Below are positions 54,694 to 64,000 of a DNA stretch of 64,000 nucleotides, piece by piece (within the stretch, counting starts at the first letter, position 1; each line of letters starts with the position of its first letter). The DNA is from a virus (lineage: Duplodnaviria > Caudoviricetes): IMG/VR virus record IMGVR_UViG_3300032093_000005; one strand, written 5' to 3'. The notes under the pieces are model-generated. The model was not told the DNA's origin. It was given only the letters and a program-made list of their open reading frames with translations, and searched no databases. A program made the position numbers and the translations under genes.

Positions 54694-55734
54694 TCAACGC
54701 ATTGATGGGTTTCTTTCAGCAGCACTCATTGATCCATGATCTCTAGGATCATCATCATCTTCTCTGTCTCTCATTTGCTTTTGTCTTTGCTTTTTCATTT
54801 TTAAATTTTTCTGAGTCTCCAAATCAGCATCAGAAGTTTGTTGTGCTCTTGCAGTTGAAGATCCTCTTTTTCCTTTTGCCTGCAACTTATAAAAAAGGCG
54901 AGTTGCTTCATCAAGATCTTCTTTACTCATGTTTGCCATGAGAACTAAAGCATCTTGATTGGTATCAGCGTAACCTTCAGCAACTAAGTATTCAAGAAGG
55001 TAATCAAAAAGGTCTACTTCCTCTCTTACACCTGCAGATGGTCCGCCAGATCTATATCCAGCAACTCTCTGCGATAATGCTGATTTTTCTCTTGCCTTTC
55101 TTTGTGCTTCATCTTGTGGTTTGGTTGTCAATCCAGAAGTAACAGAACGATCTAAACCTCTGACAGTTGATGTTCCACTAGACATGCCAGTAGGTCTAGT
55201 TCCAACACCACCACCAAAATATCCAGGAGAAATAGGAGTTCTTGGTCCAGATGGTGCTGCCACAGTTGGTTTCTCTGGTGCTGCCATAGATCCTGGACCT
55301 TTTGGCATATCAACCATTAAAGGATTAGGAGTTTTTGTTAATTGTGGTTTTTGTGAAACAACTGGAGGTGTTGTTGTTTTATCTACTTTTGGTTTTTGTG
55401 CTGCAGGCGCAGTTACTTTTGGTTTTTCTCTTGGTGTTCTTTTTGGTCTTTCAGTTCTACCATCATCTCTTGTCTTTGGTGAAGGAAACTTTGGAATATT
55501 TACTCTAGGAATAGAATTATCAGGTTCAGGAAGGGTTAGTCCTGGAAAACGAGGAACTACTGAACGAACACTATATGGATTAATTAAACTTTTTACACCA
55601 TATTGAGTATCAGCAGCATGTGCCTCATCAATGAGATCAGATGAATTATTATACTCGTTTGCTTTCTCTCTCAATTCATCATTATAAACTGCCTCATACA
55701 TAAGGCGAATATCTTGAACCTGTTGGGAATTCAT
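54694..55734 (-). CDS. Late low-complexity protein, acidic-domain paralog family
   Basis: LMYEAVY, DLFDYLLEYLVAEGYADTNQDALVLMANMS; Pro/Lys/Arg core; ATAAATA at 55760-55766. Confidence 0.75.
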   Translation of the reverse strand: MNSQQVQDIRLMYEAVYNDELREKANEYNNSSDLIDEAHAADTQYGVKSLINPYSVRSVVPRFPGLTLPEPDNSIPRVNIPKFPSPKTRDDGRTERPKRTPREKPKVTAPAAQKPKVDKTTTPPVVSQKPQLTKTPNPLMVDMPKGPGSMAAPEKPTVAAPSGPRTPISPGYFGGGVGTRPTGMSSGTSTVRGLDRSVTSGLTTKPQDEAQRKAREKSALSQRVAGYRSGGPSAGVREEVDLFDYLLEYLVAEGYADTNQDALVLMANMSKEDLDEATRLFYKLQAKGKRGSSTARAQQTSDADLETQKNLKMKKQRQKQMRDREDDDDPRDHGSMSAAERNPSMR

Positions 55735-55765
55735 ATGAGTTGTTGTACTTTTCTAAGATTATTTA

Positions 55766-57910
55766 TTACGCAACCAACTCCACAAACTCCCCAAGAATAC
55801 GCTTGTTCATCTTCTTAGACTTCAAACTCTTCACAAAAGCAGATTTGATTTGAGACTTGGTAGCATCTTCAGCAACCTCAAATTCAGATTCCTGAGCAAG
55901 AGTTGCGGCAGAAAGACCAAAGTAGGAATGATAACCAGAAGACTTGATAGTAAATGCCTTTTCTTTTTTCCAGGCATTCATCACCTTATCATAGGTGTCA
56001 CCATAATACCCACAATAGCGGCGAATAAAACCACCAGCATCACGAGATTCCAGAACACGAATACCGATAAAGTTCATATCAGTAAACCTGTCCCGAAGAT
56101 TGCGAAGCAGAACATCAGTGAACTCGTGATACTCACAATCGCAAGAATAAGTCATACCAGTCTTACGGTCACGGAGAAAGGCATTAGGACCGATATGAGC
56201 AGTGCCCATATAAGCGTCTTCCTCCCAGCGGCGTTGAACTTCACGGTGATACTTGAGCAGAGCACCCTCACCATCAGTCAGAATCACACACTGAACCTTC
56301 TGAAGCTTGTTTTCCTTCTGGAACTTAGGAAGAATCTGATGAAGAGAAATCAGTGCCTCATTCAGCGGAGTTCCCGAAAGACTCATACCCATAGGGGCTT
56401 GATAGGAAGTATAAGAATTATAACGGAAAGAAGTAGCAAGGCGGAAGATATTCTTCATCTGCTCATCCAGAGTCTTGCTGTTTACTTTGCTGGTAAGAAG
56501 ATTCATCATAGAGAACCATTCACCAACCTGAACGAGACCATCCTTTTTCTTATAAGCAAGTTCACGAATGTTTGCCTTACCATCTTCATACTTCACCAGA
56601 GGATAATCAGTAGTGAAGGCATAAACCTCAAACGGAATTGAGACCTTCTTACAGAACCAAACAAGGTTGAACAGTTGTTTGACCGTATCCATCATCACTT
56701 CGCACATAGAACCAGACCAGTCCAGAACGAACACCAGACCGTGATTCTTACCATCAGAAAGAGTGGTGACTTTCTTGAAAAGGTCTTCGTTATATTTGTA
56801 AGTATGAAGTTTGGTGCAGTCCAGAACACCAGTGCGAGCAGTGGTAGCACGGGCATAGGAATCTGCTGCCTTGCGACATTCAAACTCTTTTACCAGATAG
56901 TTGACTTCTTTCTGTGCAGAACGCTTGAACTCTACAAAATCCTTATCAACTTTACCAAACACATCAACATAGTTCCATTCACGATCTTGAAGAAAAGAAC
57001 TCCATGTTACTTTACACTTTTCATGGATTTCAGAATTGGGAACAATTACTTTATTAAGATCAAGTTTAGGAAGTTCAAGGTATACATTCTCATATCCATC
57101 ATTGTTAATGAGATCTTTAAGTGCTTCCTCAAGATTGTCCATCGTCTTAACTTCAGGTTCTTCACCATCATCAGGACTCTGAGAAGTAGGTTGCTTCTCC
57201 TGTCCAGTTTCACTCGTTGTGGGAGGTTGAGATTCACTATCAGATCCAGGTTGGTCATTCTCACCCTCTTGCTGATCTGAAAAATCAGAGGCAGGTTGTT
57301 GACTTGCACCAGAATCCTGAGACTCCAGATTATCAATTGGAGTCTTAGTTTCTTCCTGTTGCTTTTGCTTACAATACTTATAAAGTGCCTCAGAAGCAAT
57401 CAAAACATCGGCAAAGGTCTCAGTATCGGCAATCAGATTGATAATCTCAGTCTCTTCACCACGTTCAATAGGTACATCAATATAGTTACCGATCTTGAAC
57501 CAAAGGTTGGCACGGTCAGCAAGATTATAGGTTTCCAGATTGTCGTCTTTGAGTTGGAAGAAATCATCATCGGCAAGTTCTTTATAACCGTTATAGAAAG
57601 TCTTGGCAAGACCAGGATAACGGCGTTTCATCAGTTTTTCGATACGAGCATCCTCTACAATGTTCACAAACTGAGGAGGGACTTTAACTTGCTTAGTCCA
57701 GTCCTCATCGGGAGTATAAAGAGCATGACCAACTTCATGACCAACCAGAAGGTCATAAACAGTGTTGCTTGCCTTTTCCCACATCGGCAGGGTCAACACA
57801 CGGGTGTGTACATTGAACTGAGCAGTCTCTACCTTCTTGTGCTCAACCACAAGGTCTTCGGTGGCAAGCAGTTTGGCAAGTTGAGACTTGATTTCGTGGC
57901 GAACGGTCAT
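55766..57910 (-). CDS. CobT-like protein: N-terminal HExxH domain, acidic linker, vWA domain
   Basis: GHEVGHALY, NIVEDARIE, LDWSGS MIDAS, SGTPL, LTDGE. Confidence 0.88.
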   Translation of the reverse strand: MTVRHEIKSQLAKLLATEDLVVEHKKVETAQFNVHTRVLTLPMWEKASNTVYDLLVGHEVGHALYTPDEDWTKQVKVPPQFVNIVEDARIEKLMKRRYPGLAKTFYNGYKELADDDFFQLKDDNLETYNLADRANLWFKIGNYIDVPIERGEETEIINLIADTETFADVLIASEALYKYCKQKQQEETKTPIDNLESQDSGASQQPASDFSDQQEGENDQPGSDSESQPPTTSETGQEKQPTSQSPDDGEEPEVKTMDNLEEALKDLINNDGYENVYLELPKLDLNKVIVPNSEIHEKCKVTWSSFLQDREWNYVDVFGKVDKDFVEFKRSAQKEVNYLVKEFECRKAADSYARATTARTGVLDCTKLHTYKYNEDLFKKVTTLSDGKNHGLVFVLDWSGSMCEVMMDTVKQLFNLVWFCKKVSIPFEVYAFTTDYPLVKYEDGKANIRELAYKKKDGLVQVGEWFSMMNLLTSKVNSKTLDEQMKNIFRLATSFRYNSYTSYQAPMGMSLSGTPLNEALISLHQILPKFQKENKLQKVQCVILTDGEGALLKYHREVQRRWEEDAYMGTAHIGPNAFLRDRKTGMTYSCDCEYHEFTDVLLRNLRDRFTDMNFIGIRVLESRDAGGFIRRYCGYYGDTYDKVMNAWKKEKAFTIKSSGYHSYFGLSAATLAQESEFEVAEDATKSQIKSAFVKSLKSKKMNKRILGEFVELVA

Positions 57911-57931
57911 GGGTTTGTTGCGTATGAACCT

Positions 57932-57987
57932 ATCATACAAAAAAAGAGGGTGATGAGACCCTCTAGTGTGCCAGTTTGAAAAGTGTC
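57932..57987 (-). promoter_or_regulatory. Terminator, -10 box and operator-like motif
   Basis: GACACTTTTCAAACTGGCACA, AGAGGGT..ACCCTCT-TTTTTT, TATGAT. Confidence 0.65.
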
Positions 57988-59910
57988 TTAATTTAGTTTT
58001 TTAGGTTTTGGTTTGGTAGATGAAGGTGGTTTGCCTTGAAGAGCACTCTGTATTTTACCTGGAAGTTCATCAACAAATTTTACAACAGATGCTGGCATTT
58101 GGGGAGCACTTCCACCAGTAACTGCTTCAACAATATTTTGTTTCCAATCTTCACTCATTGCACCAGCGATTGCTTGTGCTGACTTTTCATCAGAAGCAAA
58201 ACCCTCACCAAGAAGATAATCTACAAGAAGTTCTTCACGAACTGAGCGAATATTTTCATATTCAGATCCACTACCTCTACTGCCAGTCATTCTATGTTGA
58301 GAAAAAGTATCCCCTACTCTTTCATCTCCACGCTTCTTTCTTTCTACTCTTCTTTTCTTTTCAAATTCATGTCTTTTTTTAGGACTCATTTTTTTCTTTG
58401 GTATTGGAAGTCCCGTAATACCTTCTTCAGTTTCGTCTTTTGCTTCGTAAATTGCGTTTTCTTTCATTTTAGTAGTGTACTCCTTTCCACCATAAGTGAA
58501 TGTTGTTGGAACTGGATCTCCAATTCTCTTTGCCTCCTTTTCCTTTCTTTTTGCCTCTCTGAATGCATCATCAAATGTAGAACCAATCTTACGAGAACCA
58601 ACTTTTAAGCGACTACGAATTTGTCCTGTTGGTTTATCTACAGATGGTGTATCAATAGTATTATAAACATTAGTTTTTATATTCTTTCTCAATTCAGCAT
58701 CACTTCTACGCTTTTCACCCTTCATTGCTTGATCAACTGCTACAGTTCCAGCAGCTGCTGTACCAACAATTCCCGCAGTTTTTAGATTTCTTGATAAAGA
58801 AGAAATTGGAGATTTTGACGAACCACCAGAAGAAGATGATCCTGTTGCATATTTTTCTAAACCTGGATACTTCATATTTCCAGTTTTTTCTGTGGGTGAT
58901 AAAGTAGCGCGAACAGTTTGTGTCAAACCACTACCTTTAGATGATTTTCCACCCCCAGAAGTAGGTGTCTTTGAAGTTGGTTTAGGTGCTCTTGTACTAA
59001 CTAATGCTCCTGCTGGTTGTGCTACCTTTGGATCTTTAGGTAATGCTTCTGGTTTAAAGGTTGGCTTAGGTGCTTTTGTACGAACTAATGCTCCTGGAGG
59101 TTCGGCAGACTTTGTTGCCTTAGGAAGTGCTTCTGGTTTAAAAGTTGGTTTAGGTGCTCTTGTAGAAACTAACGCTCCACCAGGTTCTCCCGTTGTTTTT
59201 GCTTTAGGAAGTGCTTCTGGTTTAAAGGTTGGTTTAGGTGCTTTTGTACGAACCAATGCTCCTGCAGGTTCAGCAGACTTTGTTGCCTTAGGAAGTGCTT
59301 CTGGTTTAAAAGTTGGTTTAGGTGCCTTTACACTTGCAGATGTTTTTCCTGCCGAAGGAAGTGCTGGTCTGGATGGTGTACTGGGTAATGCCTTAGTAGA
59401 AGATACTTTAGGACCAGAAGGTTTAGATGGATTTATACGACTGCTAGGTGCTGTTGGTTCATTCCAAACATTAGTTGTAATTTTATTTGCACCTTTTGGA
59501 GCAGTTCTAACAGAAGTTGCTTTTACTGTTCTAACTATTGGTGCTGGAGATGGCGTAGACTTTGCAATAGTTTTTGCAATTTTAGCAGTCGATACTGGAT
59601 TTAATGCGGTACTAGTAATAAGAGAATCAGTAGCTGCAGTTCTTAATGGTGTTTTTGCTCTTTTTGCAATAAATCCCGCTACTGCCTTTGCACCCTTAAT
59701 TAAAGATCCTAGACCTGCCTCACTAATAATTTCTGCCATGATCTGTTTAGATTCTTCTTCAGAGTATCCTTCATTTAGAAGATACTCTAAAACCTGATCA
59801 TAGATATCAATTTCTTCTTGAACATCATTTTCCGAATGTACATCAATATGCTCATAAACTTTTTGATATGCCTCTACAAAATCTCTATATTTTTTATCGT
59901 ACATCTTCAA
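57988..59910 (-). CDS. Late low-complexity protein with internal repeats, acidic-domain paralog family
   Basis: FVEAYQKVY, YDQVLEYLLNEGYS..IMAE, LVDYLLGEGFASDEKSAQAIAGAMSEDW; TATAAATA at 59926-59933. Confidence 0.78.
   Translation of the reverse strand: MKMYDKKYRDFVEAYQKVYEHIDVHSENDVQEEIDIYDQVLEYLLNEGYSEEESKQIMAEIISEAGLGSLIKGAKAVAGFIAKRAKTPLRTAATDSLITSTALNPVSTAKIAKTIAKSTPSPAPIVRTVKATSVRTAPKGANKITTNVWNEPTAPSSRINPSKPSGPKVSSTKALPSTPSRPALPSAGKTSASVKAPKPTFKPEALPKATKSAEPAGALVRTKAPKPTFKPEALPKAKTTGEPGGALVSTRAPKPTFKPEALPKATKSAEPPGALVRTKAPKPTFKPEALPKDPKVAQPAGALVSTRAPKPTSKTPTSGGGKSSKGSGLTQTVRATLSPTEKTGNMKYPGLEKYATGSSSSGGSSKSPISSLSRNLKTAGIVGTAAAGTVAVDQAMKGEKRRSDAELRKNIKTNVYNTIDTPSVDKPTGQIRSRLKVGSRKIGSTFDDAFREAKRKEKEAKRIGDPVPTTFTYGGKEYTTKMKENAIYEAKDETEEGITGLPIPKKKMSPKKRHEFEKKRRVERKKRGDERVGDTFSQHRMTGSRGSGSEYENIRSVREELLVDYLLGEGFASDEKSAQAIAGAMSEDWKQNIVEAVTGGSAPQMPASVVKFVDELPGKIQSALQGKPPSSTKPKPKKLN
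58976..59328 (-). repeat. In-frame tandem repeat, about 4.2 copies of 84/87 nt
   Basis: KAPKPTFKPEALPK...(E/Q)PxGALV(R/S)T repeated with an alternating A/B pattern. Confidence 0.9.
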
Positions 59911-59928
59911 AAGATACTTTTTAGATAT

Positions 59929-60063
59929 TTATAAAAAAGAACCGCCCCGTGAGAGGCGGTTCTTGAGTGCTTGGCGTCGTGCCTTTGCTTGTCGGAGTGC
60001 TTGCGGTTTCAGTTTCCGCTTTTGCTCCTTCTTGGAATGTTTCTGCCAATTTGGGACTTTCAT
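59929..60063 (-). CDS. 44-aa basic microprotein (not in ORF track)
   Basis: MKVPNWQKHSKKEQKRKLKPQALRQAKARRQALKNRLSRGGSFL; 3' end forms the terminator GAACCGCC..GGCGGTTC-TTTTTT. Confidence 0.6.
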   Translation of the reverse strand: MKVPNWQKHSKKEQKRKLKPQALRQAKARRQALKNRLSRGGSFL

Positions 60064-60074
60064 GGGTCTTGTGC

Positions 60075-61790
60075 TTATGGGGATATCATACGGGAGAAAC
60101 CCTTGACCTTCTCAAAGCGTAGGACACTTTCAAATTTGTCATGTAAGTCTGCCTTATGAGAAATCACGAAGATATTAGCATCTTTAATCACATAACGAAT
60201 AATCTTCAGAAATTCATCAGTGCCAAAACCATCAAGTGAAGAATCAAATACCTCATCCATAATCAGCAGATTAGTATTCACAGAATTTTTGACTCGTGCC
60301 ACTTCTCTCCAGGTGAAGAGAAGAGAAAGGTCGATTCTCATTTTTTCACCTTCACTAAAAGAACTATAAGAAAAGTCTTCGTGAATGGGTGATTTTACCG
60401 TTTCGTTAAATTCTTCATCAAGGTGGAAGTTAATATAAAAGTCCATCATTTGAAGATAACGATTCACCTGCTGATTTATGAAAGGAAGATACTTTTTAAT
60501 AATCTTCGTTTTTACACCATCATCCTTGAGTAAGGAATAGGCAAAATCGTAATAAACGATTTCTTCTTTTTTCTTTGAGAGGTCTTCGAATGTTTTTTGG
60601 AGATTTTCTTTGAATTCTTCTAGTTTCTCATGTTCAGTATTTCGGTTTTCAAGTTGTTCGGCAATAGTTTGAATTTCATTTTCAAGATCTCGGATTTGTC
60701 GCTGGTTAAGTGATATCCGAGTATTGTTTTGAGAAATCTCATGGTTGAGTTTCGTAATCTCCTTGGAAAGTGCAATGAATTGACGCTCTCTCTCCTGTTC
60801 TATTTTTATAGTCTCTTCCAGGTCTTGATAACCTTTCTGGAGTTCCTTTGCTTTATTTTGAGCGTCTGTAATTCTATTTAACCGAAACTCTTCTTCAATC
60901 GTTTGAGTACAGGTAGGGCAGACCGTATTCTCAGTAAAAAACTTATGCTCTTTAGTAATTACCGATACTTTCTGCGAGATCTTACCTTTTAGATTGTTAA
61001 GCTTTACTACCTTATCTCCAGCACCAACGACTTCTTCCTGTTCTTTAGTGAACTTGGCAATCTCTTCCTCAGTTTTGTCATTCTCAGACATATAATTACC
61101 AACTTCAGAATCTAATTTGGCAATCTTTTCTTTATTGTTATTGATATTGGCATTACCACGATTCTCAAGTTCTTCAATGAAGTTTTGCTGCATCTTCATC
61201 TTATCCTTGAGATTTTCTTTACGCAACTCAAGAGACTTGACCTGATCTTTCTGAGTACGAATCTTATCTTTGATGAGATTGTTCATCGCAGAAAAGATAC
61301 GAATGTCCAAAAGATCTTCAATCACTTCACGACGATGTGCTGTCGGAAGTTGCATAAAAGGAACAAAAGTACTACTACCAAGAATAACAACTTGTGTAAA
61401 TGATTTATAATTTACCCTAAGAATATTCTCTTCAAGGATTCTCTGATTTGCACGATCATCTGCTTCTTTATGAAGTGCTTCACCATTCACCTCAATATCA
61501 AAGACATTAGGTTTGATTCCACGACGAACAAGATAATCACGACTATTGACCGAAAACTCAATCTCAACCAAACAATCTCTTTCGTTGGTAGTATTAACCA
61601 ATTGAGGTTTATTGATTTTTCGAAATGGTTTGTTGAATAAAGCAAATGTCAGAGCATCAAGTAAAGTGCTTTTGCCTGCACCATTTGTACCGATAATCAG
61701 ATTTGTATTATTTTTTTCAAAGTCAATCTCTGTCCATTGATTCCCAGATGAGAGAAAGTTTTTATATCTAATCTTGTGAAATAGCAACAT
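60075..61790 (-). CDS. Recombination endonuclease subunit gp46 (Rad50/SbcC-like)
   Basis: GTNGAGKS, CPTC zinc hook, FSEGEK, MDEVFD, ISH. Confidence 0.96.
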   Translation of the reverse strand: MLLFHKIRYKNFLSSGNQWTEIDFEKNNTNLIIGTNGAGKSTLLDALTFALFNKPFRKINKPQLVNTTNERDCLVEIEFSVNSRDYLVRRGIKPNVFDIEVNGEALHKEADDRANQRILEENILRVNYKSFTQVVILGSSTFVPFMQLPTAHRREVIEDLLDIRIFSAMNNLIKDKIRTQKDQVKSLELRKENLKDKMKMQQNFIEELENRGNANINNNKEKIAKLDSEVGNYMSENDKTEEEIAKFTKEQEEVVGAGDKVVKLNNLKGKISQKVSVITKEHKFFTENTVCPTCTQTIEEEFRLNRITDAQNKAKELQKGYQDLEETIKIEQERERQFIALSKEITKLNHEISQNNTRISLNQRQIRDLENEIQTIAEQLENRNTEHEKLEEFKENLQKTFEDLSKKKEEIVYYDFAYSLLKDDGVKTKIIKKYLPFINQQVNRYLQMMDFYINFHLDEEFNETVKSPIHEDFSYSSFSEGEKMRIDLSLLFTWREVARVKNSVNTNLLIMDEVFDSSLDGFGTDEFLKIIRYVIKDANIFVISHKADLHDKFESVLRFEKVKGFSRMISP

Positions 61791-62043
61791 TTTTAGGAGG
61801 AATTACGATATCGTCAGGAGTGATCACAGCATACTTGTAATTATACATCTTGCACGTCTTTATGGCAAGGTCGTCATCAACCTCAACCACGTCCATTTCA
61901 GTTTCTTCTTGGTCTTCTAGCATCAAAGCATAACGGGTAGCATCATCCTCATCCTCAAAAAGAAATAAAACTTTATGTCCGTATTGGTCTTGGACAGCAT
62001 ATGCACCATCGTCTTTTCTATCTTTGAGAGTAAGGAGAAACAT
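61768..62043 (-). CDS. Conserved hypothetical protein
   Basis: LFLFEDEDDATRYALML, between gp47 and gp46. Confidence 0.75.
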   Translation of the reverse strand: MFLLTLKDRKDDGAYAVQDQYGHKVLFLFEDEDDATRYALMLEDQEETEMDVVEVDDDLAIKTCKMYNYKYAVITPDDIVIPPKNVAISQD

Positions 62044-62044
62044 T

Positions 62045-63082
62045 TTATTCTACCTCGCAAGCTTGTCGATAAAGATCTTGAAAAATACCTTTGATAATGT
62101 TTTTATCAAATTCAAATTCTGCTTCGTCAATGTAACGATTCAGAATAGACATTGTATTTTCTTCTTCATCAACCTCAAAATCTTCGTTCTCTTGAATATC
62201 AAAGTTTTCTACGATTTTGAGATCTTGAATTCCTGCCGTATAAAGTTTGTCAATAAACTTCTCAAAATCCTTTGGTTTAGATTTTTTACGAACGATCACT
62301 TTTACAATCTTGTTTTCATACTCTGTAGTATCAAACAATTGGTAGGGTGTATCCTCATAATAAATGTTATAGAATAATTTATAAGGATTATTAATTGGAG
62401 TGTGCTCTAAGGTTTTAGTATCAAAGATATGAAATCCCCGAGTATCATTTACATCAGTCCAATACATTTCATAAGGATTACCAAGATAGAAGATAGATCC
62501 ATTGTCAGAACGAGTATGGTAATGTCCAGAAAATACTTTTGTGAAGTTCTTAAAAATATCTGCTTCCAGTCCATGCTCCTCCATAATCAAATTGCGATTA
62601 ACACGGAACCCTTGAAGTTCTAAGTGTCCCATTGCAACTTTTGCTTTGGTCTTTTTAATTTGCTTAAAAGTTTGTTCTTGATTTTCTGGGTTGATCCAAG
62701 GCAAGAACAAAATCTTGAGTCCACCAATACTAACTTCCGTTGCTTCACTATAAGTCTTAATGTTTGAATAAGTCTGAAGAAGAAGACCAGGAGAGTTCAC
62801 ACTATTAGTTGATTTATAGTATGTGTCATGATTTCCAATAATCATATGTACATCATACTTTTTAAGATGGTCAAACACAACTCTTTTTGACCACTCAAGA
62901 CTTTGATAATCAATTGACTTGCGACTATCAAAAGCATCGCCCATATGAATGACTGCCTCTACATTGTTTTCTTCAAGGGCAGGAAAAAATACATTCTTGT
63001 AAAAGAGTTCAAAATAATCGTGAAGATGTTTAGACCCTTTTTTGGCACCGTAGTGACTATCAGTAATAATTGCTACCTTCAT
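62045..63082 (-). CDS. Recombination endonuclease subunit gp47 (Mre11/SbcD-like)
   Basis: TDSHYG, GDAFD, GNHD, GHLE, SGHYH. Confidence 0.96.
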   Translation of the reverse strand: MKVAIITDSHYGAKKGSKHLHDYFELFYKNVFFPALEENNVEAVIHMGDAFDSRKSIDYQSLEWSKRVVFDHLKKYDVHMIIGNHDTYYKSTNSVNSPGLLLQTYSNIKTYSEATEVSIGGLKILFLPWINPENQEQTFKQIKKTKAKVAMGHLELQGFRVNRNLIMEEHGLEADIFKNFTKVFSGHYHTRSDNGSIFYLGNPYEMYWTDVNDTRGFHIFDTKTLEHTPINNPYKLFYNIYYEDTPYQLFDTTEYENKIVKVIVRKKSKPKDFEKFIDKLYTAGIQDLKIVENFDIQENEDFEVDEEENTMSILNRYIDEAEFEFDKNIIKGIFQDLYRQACEVE

Positions 63083-63594
63083 TTATTGCGGTATTGGATG
63101 GCGTCTTTAATGGAATTATACTCCGAACTGTGCCCAGAAAGCAAGCTGTCGTCAACCATCATCACCTCATCAAACCCAGTGCGTTCAATAATTTTTGTCT
63201 TAATATCCAGTTGTTTCTTTTCCTTTTGAATCCTTCTCAGAAATGCGTAGTGAATAATCTGAGTAAAGTAGGCAAAAGGATTCTTGGACTTCTCTGGATC
63301 AAAGTTGTGAATGTATTGGACACAATTCTCAATTCCGTCAGAAATCATATCCTCTCGGAACATATAGTTGACGAAGTTTGGTTTGTATGATAAATGAGTC
63401 GCAATCTTTAGAAAACACTCACCAAGATAATTTGGAATTGGTGGTTTACCTTCCCACTGCTTTGCACGATCCTCTCTAGTTGGATTTCGTGCATTCTTTT
63501 TAAAAAAATCTGCTTCGACTTTAGAACGATAAACTACAAGTGCTTCTAATAGTTCTTTATTATTTACATAATGTTCAGTTTTTTTCTTGGACAT
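63079..63594 (-). CDS. Late transcription sigma factor (gp55)
   Basis: HYVNNK, IATHLSYKPNFVNY, DGIENC, NPFAYFTQI. Confidence 0.95.
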   Translation of the reverse strand: MSKKKTEHYVNNKELLEALVVYRSKVEADFFKKNARNPTREDRAKQWEGKPPIPNYLGECFLKIATHLSYKPNFVNYMFREDMISDGIENCVQYIHNFDPEKSKNPFAYFTQIIHYAFLRRIQKEKKQLDIKTKIIERTGFDEVMMVDDSLLSGHSSEYNSIKDAIQYRNK

Positions 63595-63626
63595 AACATT
63601 GGACTCATTTATAATAACTTTTGTTT

Positions 63627-63710
63627 ATTATAACACATTTTAAGTGGGCTTGACAAGATATAAAAATATGTGTAGACTAGGTTTGTCTCCGTTGAAGATG
63701 AGAATCTAGC
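63627..63710. promoter_or_regulatory. Bidirectional sigma70 promoter element (copy A)
   Basis: - strand TTGTCA-18-TATAAT toward gp55; + strand TTGACA-17-TAGACT. Confidence 0.75.
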
Positions 63711-64000
63711 TTTCTTTAAGACCTTTAAAGATTCTTTCAAGTTTCTTACGAGCATCTTCAACAGAAGAGATATAACCCATCTTCTGTGATAGTTTGATCT
63801 TACCAGAAGGATTATAAACATCAGATGTATCACTATCTTCAATATAATTATTGTAAATATAAATCAAATTTTCATCTTTAGTTTCAGTCATTGTAATAAT
63901 TTTATCAAGTCTAATTATAAAAAAATCATCATCTGACATTTCAATCCATGATTTAACTTTAATATGCATTCCATATTGATTATTAAATGATTTCACTGTA
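63706..64000 (-). CDS. Conserved hypothetical protein upstream of gp55 (5' end probably outside the window)
   Basis: WIEMSDDDFFII, MGYISSVEDARKKLE. Confidence 0.65.
   Translation of the reverse strand, partial: TVKSFNNQYGMHIKVKSWIEMSDDDFFIIRLDKIITMTETKDENLIYIYNNYIEDSDTSDVYNPSGKIKLSQKMGYISSVEDARKKLERIFKGLKES

Noticed and set aside
58892-59797. 301-aa + strand repetitive ORF
   Set aside because: Stop-free antisense frame produced by the Pro/Ala/Lys repeat of the real - strand gene
1-64000. Stop-codon reassignment or alternative genetic code
   Set aside because: Core genes translate full-length in code 11; no suppressor tRNA seen

Overview
64 kb of a T4-like cyanophage (cyanomyovirus) genome. 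The host is probably a picocyanobacterium, inferred from an SLH-porin, a cyanobacterial-type gnd and the cyanophage core gene order. Almost all genes are on the - strand. From the right end: gp55 late sigma factor, gp47/gp46, CobT-like vWA and CobS-like AAA+ genes, gp45, gp44, gp62, regA, hsp20, gp43, uvsX, gp41, mazG, primase and nrdA/nrdB. Interleaved with these is a paralogous family of long, low-complexity late proteins, some with T4 capsid-targeting-like N-termini. Next come a lysis/envelope region (lysozyme, C39-like peptidase, autotransporter-like protein, zincin) and an inverted four-gene operon of secreted/membrane proteins under a late promoter. A tRNA island follows, with HNH genes, two non-canonical tRNA-like RNAs, a porin, Dps and gnd; 9 tRNAs were found in the window overall. 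The left end holds a wcaG/manA-like structured RNA ahead of a nucleotide-sugar/glycosyltransferase cluster. No CRISPR array, rRNA, integrase, or obvious intron/intein was seen. All calls come from reading motifs by eye; no database searches or folding programs were run.
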